Of a stretch of DNA of 64,000 nucleotides, positions 61,013 through 64,000 are shown one piece after another. How positions within the stretch are numbered: the first letter of the stretch is position 1; each line of letters starts with the position of its first letter. Under the pieces are notes generated by a model that was not told the DNA's origin, did not search any database, and saw only the letters and a list, made by a program, of their open reading frames with translations. Source of the stretch: an uncultured Candidatus Binatia bacterium (GTDB lineage: Bacteria; Desulfobacterota; Binatia; Bin18); NCBI GenBank assembly GCA_965214605.1, contig OZ243961.1, forward strand, positions 2,464,001-2,528,000. Direction: 5' to 3'. The position numbers were made by a program, and so were the translations under genes.

Positions 61013-61316
61013 GTACAGGTTTCCACGGCTCGCTCAAACTCCGATTCGTCCTACTGGAATACCACAAATGGGAGACGCCCTGGAAGAAAGTCTTGGGGGC
61101 GTGGGGCGAGGACGGCCTCCATCGAAACTGAGAGGCGATTTTTCTGCGGAATCTGGCTCCGGACCGGACCGATAAACTCCCACCCATTCCGCTCCCTTTG
61201 GTTTCCTTTTGCCAGCACCCTGGGCCGAGCTTGTTGGTTTTGCTCTAGCATCGGACGCGGCCTCGTCTGAAGCGGTGCACCGGAAGATGGAGGCTCTGCA
61301 AACTCAACTACCAGTG

Positions 61317-61832
61317 CTAGTCGCACGGTGCTTGGCGCTTGATCTTGTCAACCAGATACCACGACATGTAGCCTGCGTATTTGTCCTGGAGATCTTTGCG
61401 TCGCCAGTCCTGACCAGTGACAATTTTGCGGCAGTTGACCGTTCCACAGTGGCACTCCATTGCATCCGGTTCGTCGTCGGTCATCGCCCAGTCGTGGGTA
61501 AGCTCCTCCCCGGTGACAATGTCGCGCATGGCGACAAATACAATCTGGCCCTGTACGCCGATATTGGGGTCGCAGGAATGATTGCTAAAAATCATGCTAC
61601 CATTGCGTTCTTCTGCAGACAGCGGACCAATATACAAATCCCCGGCAATTGGGATTTCCGCTGGACCAAGTGTTTTTTCCAGCGCGTCACGGGTTTGACG
61701 ATTAAAGATATAGCCGCCTTTAACGGCGACGACCTCACCTTTTTTTATCGGTCCAGTGGCAAATAGCCCCCGGCCGTGAATGGGGCTATCTTTGACCGTG
61801 GTCCTGGGAGACAGGTAGGACAGACTCGGCAT
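61317..61832 (-). CDS. SET domain protein with post-SET motif
   Basis: SPIHGRGLFA, NHSCDPN, RDIVTGEELTHD, CHCGTVNCR. Confidence 0.9.
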   Translation of the reverse strand: MPSLSYLSPRTTVKDSPIHGRGLFATGPIKKGEVVAVKGGYIFNRQTRDALEKTLGPAEIPIAGDLYIGPLSAEERNGSMIFSNHSCDPNIGVQGQIVFVAMRDIVTGEELTHDWAMTDDEPDAMECHCGTVNCRKIVTGQDWRRKDLQDKYAGYMSWYLVDKIKRQAPCD

Positions 61833-61913
61833 GAAGGGCTCTTTCCCTGTTGGATAGGAGACAAGTTATGCCCTAGTCGCAAGAGTAATTCGTGGCATTA
61901 ATGCCCGTGAGCT

Positions 61914-62396
61914 CTAGTCTGATGCCTTTACTGTGGACCCAGGCAGGGGCGCAAAATGGATACTGATAATGCGCCATTTTTCTGCCGGGTGGGCGTAGGT
62001 CAGCATGTACTGGCCGTGGGAGATGTTCTGCGTTCCGCCTGTGGGTATGGCCGTCAGTTCGTAGTGGCCCCACGCGACTCCGGTCGATCCGGCGACTAGG
62101 TACTGGGGATAGACGAGTCTCAGGACCGCGCTCTCGTGACTGTCAAAATACTCTTTGACGGCCTCCTGAAAAGCGCTTTTGCCTTCAATCGGAAACGGCG
62201 AATACAGACCGTACACAACGATATTTTCGTCGGCTGGGTCAACCGCTGCTGCCAGGTCTCTAGTGTTGAGCGCCTGGATTTCTGCTTCAAAACTGTCAAT
62301 GAGGGCCTGCCGAAGGTCTTGGACCCAGACAGGGGTCCATCCACCAGCACCTAGACTGATGACACCCACCATCAAGCCGACTCGGAGCACGTACAT
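61914..62396 (-). CDS. Exported NTF2/SnoaL-like (DUF4440-type) protein
   Basis: Signal-like N-terminus; AWGHY, GQYMLTY, KWRIISIHFA. Confidence 0.7.
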   Translation of the reverse strand: MYVLRVGLMVGVISLGAGGWTPVWVQDLRQALIDSFEAEIQALNTRDLAAAVDPADENIVVYGLYSPFPIEGKSAFQEAVKEYFDSHESAVLRLVYPQYLVAGSTGVAWGHYELTAIPTGGTQNISHGQYMLTYAHPAEKWRIISIHFAPLPGSTVKASD

Positions 62397-62414
62397 GGGC
62401 CCTTCCTTAAGTTC

Positions 62415-62870
62415 TTACGAGAGCGACGAGAAATCTAGGGCAACCAACACCCATTTGTCAATCTGCTTGGTGTAGGTGAAGGTATAGCGTCCGTGGAGCA
62501 CCCGGCGTGGACCAACCCGGCGCTGTTCGCGCAAGGTGTAATGTCCCCATGCCAGAGCGCTCGTGCCGATGACCAAGAATTTGGCGTCGACCGGCTCCCA
62601 TTTGGCATAGTCGTGATCGGCAAAATATTGCCGGATGAGTCGTTGAATAGCAGCCTTACCCTCGACCGCAAAGGGCGTCAGGGTTCCGAATAAGACTGCT
62701 TGATCATGGGCGGCGACGGTGAAAGCGTTCGCGTCTTGGCCGTTAAACAAACGAATGTCGGTTTCAAATAGCTTCCTCAGTTGGACGATCTCGTCTTGCT
62801 GGGCGGTCGCCGATCCGCTTAGGCTACAGAGGGCTAGGGCCAGGGCCATCAGGAATTTTTTGCCATCCAT
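62415..62870 (-). CDS. Exported NTF2/SnoaL-like (DUF4440-type) protein
   Basis: Signal peptide ending ATA-QQ; AWGHY, GRYTFTY, KWVLVALDFS; paralog of the adjacent gene. Confidence 0.72.
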   Translation of the reverse strand: MDGKKFLMALALALCSLSGSATAQQDEIVQLRKLFETDIRLFNGQDANAFTVAAHDQAVLFGTLTPFAVEGKAAIQRLIRQYFADHDYAKWEPVDAKFLVIGTSALAWGHYTLREQRRVGPRRVLHGRYTFTYTKQIDKWVLVALDFSSLS

Positions 62871-63072
62871 ACGGTCCTCCTAATGGAGCTGCGGAGCGTG
62901 TGGTCCTCCTCATTCTTAAAACCTGAGTCCCCAATCCAAAGCAAACACCTCTGGCTCCGGCTACCTCCGGCAGTTGGCGTCCGTTTGAGGGGGTGCCCCG
63001 CGGCTGAAAATGCACGTTGACAATACACACTCCTGATGACACATTCCAGCCTGAATGAGGAGATACACCATA

Positions 63073-63507
63073 ATGCGAAAAAACCTCAAACCTGAAGAAC
63101 TAGGCGACTTTCTGGAACAGGCCAAGTGCGCCACCCTGGCCACCCGTTTCCGCAACGGCACGACGCTCCTGTCACCGGTATGGCACGAGTGGTGGGGAGG
63201 TGGTTTTAACGTTACGGTCGCGGCCGGTGACATCAAAGCCCGCCATATCGAACGCGATGCGCGGGTGAGTATCAGCATTGCGGAAGACACGCCGCCGTAT
63301 CGGGGTATTGAAGTCCGAGGCCGAGCAACCTTTGGCAAAGAAGGAGCCAAGGAGGTCACGCGGCGTATTGCTGTGCGCTATCTCGGTCCTGGGCAGGGTG
63401 CTAGCTACGCGGATATGGTGGCCGAGGCCGATCTGGTTCTGATCCGGATTAAGCCGGAAGTCTTACGAGCCTGGGATTTTGCTGATGAGCCGGAACTGGC
63501 CGGCTAA
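63073..63507 (+). CDS. PPOX-class (probably F420-dependent) split-barrel protein
   Basis: ATLAT..NG..LSPVW, K.RHIERDARVS, YRGIEVRGRA, IKPE..RAWDF. Confidence 0.85.
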   Translation: MRKNLKPEELGDFLEQAKCATLATRFRNGTTLLSPVWHEWWGGGFNVTVAAGDIKARHIERDARVSISIAEDTPPYRGIEVRGRATFGKEGAKEVTRRIAVRYLGPGQGASYADMVAEADLVLIRIKPEVLRAWDFADEPELAG

Positions 63508-63516
63508 AAGGCAGAG

Positions 63517-63874
63517 ATGAAGATGGTGAAGCTCATGGCCTGTTTACGCCGAAAGCCCGGCATGTCGAAGGAAGCCTTCCACCAGTATTGGAAAGATACC
63601 CACGGTCCCCTGGTCATAAGCGTGACCGAGCTCAGCCGCTATGTCCGCCGCTATGTCCAGTCCCATACCGACCAGGATGTGGCTTCGTTGTTCCCACCCC
63701 AGGCCACCCTATGACGGGATCGCTGAACTGTGGTTTGAGACTATTGAGCAGTTGCAGCAAGCGTTTGCTGAGCCCCGCTATCTGGAAATCATCCGGCCTG
63801 ATGAACAGCGATTTCTAGATTTGCCGAACTGTGTGTCTTTCATAGTAAATGACGTGCTGATGGTGGAAGCGTAG
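63517..63874 (+). pseudogene. EthD-like protein split by a single frameshift
   Basis: RRKPGMS.EAFHQYW..HGPL..RYVQSH in one frame; YDGIAELWF..Y..IIRPDE.RFLD in another; shift near C-run at 63693-63700. Confidence 0.75.
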
Positions 63875-63879
63875 GCCCC

Positions 63880-64000
63880 TAGTCTAGTACCAGACCTTTG
63901 CGCTCTCATAGCCGGCCACACGTCGTTTCCGTCGACCACCACGCCCGGAATCCCGTAGGTCGGGAATCGCCCGGTCTCATCCTTGACCGACACCGAATTG
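63880..64000 (-). pseudogene. TPP-dependent dehydrogenase E1-alpha fragment
   Basis: YGIPGVVVDGNDV motif, after which similarity ends abruptly; remainder lies outside the window. Confidence 0.55.

Noticed and set aside
61013-61316. Possible IS5-like transposase remnant (WEFIGPV)
   Set aside because: Similarity is too short; no terminal repeats or DDE motif seen

Overview
GC-rich bacterial chromosomal window with no intact mobile element, CRISPR-Cas locus or rRNA. The gene content (several F420-type LLM/PPOX enzymes, Rieske oxygenase, hpnH, delta-like ribosomal gene order) tentatively suggests a Binatia/deltaproteobacteria-like organism; this is inference only. It contains a translation cluster (ispE, tRNA-Gln, prs, rplY, degraded pth, rpsF, rpsR, rplI, tRNA-Val, infC, rpmI, rplT, ihfA, MerR), a groEL without groES, an hpnH-Zn dehydrogenase-cupin-tal/pgi-rpiA operon, tmk-holB-metG-tatD, pilD, a fused ETF, a cobalt nitrile hydratase operon extended by an epoxide hydrolase, tldDE, leuCD, moaA and many redox enzymes. 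Many spacers are decayed genes (RidA, SH3 protein, pth, minor pilins, a secreted nuclease, E1-alpha), indicating ongoing genome erosion. The strongest leads are (i) a truly pseudogenised pth with thrS, pheST and dnaB also missing from their usual positions, (ii) a polyol-dehydrogenase-like gene and a methylsulfurylase-like cupin coupled to hpnH, and (iii) an HO-like diiron/LLM/Rieske/methyltransferase cluster. All calls come from motif recognition by eye; no searches were run.
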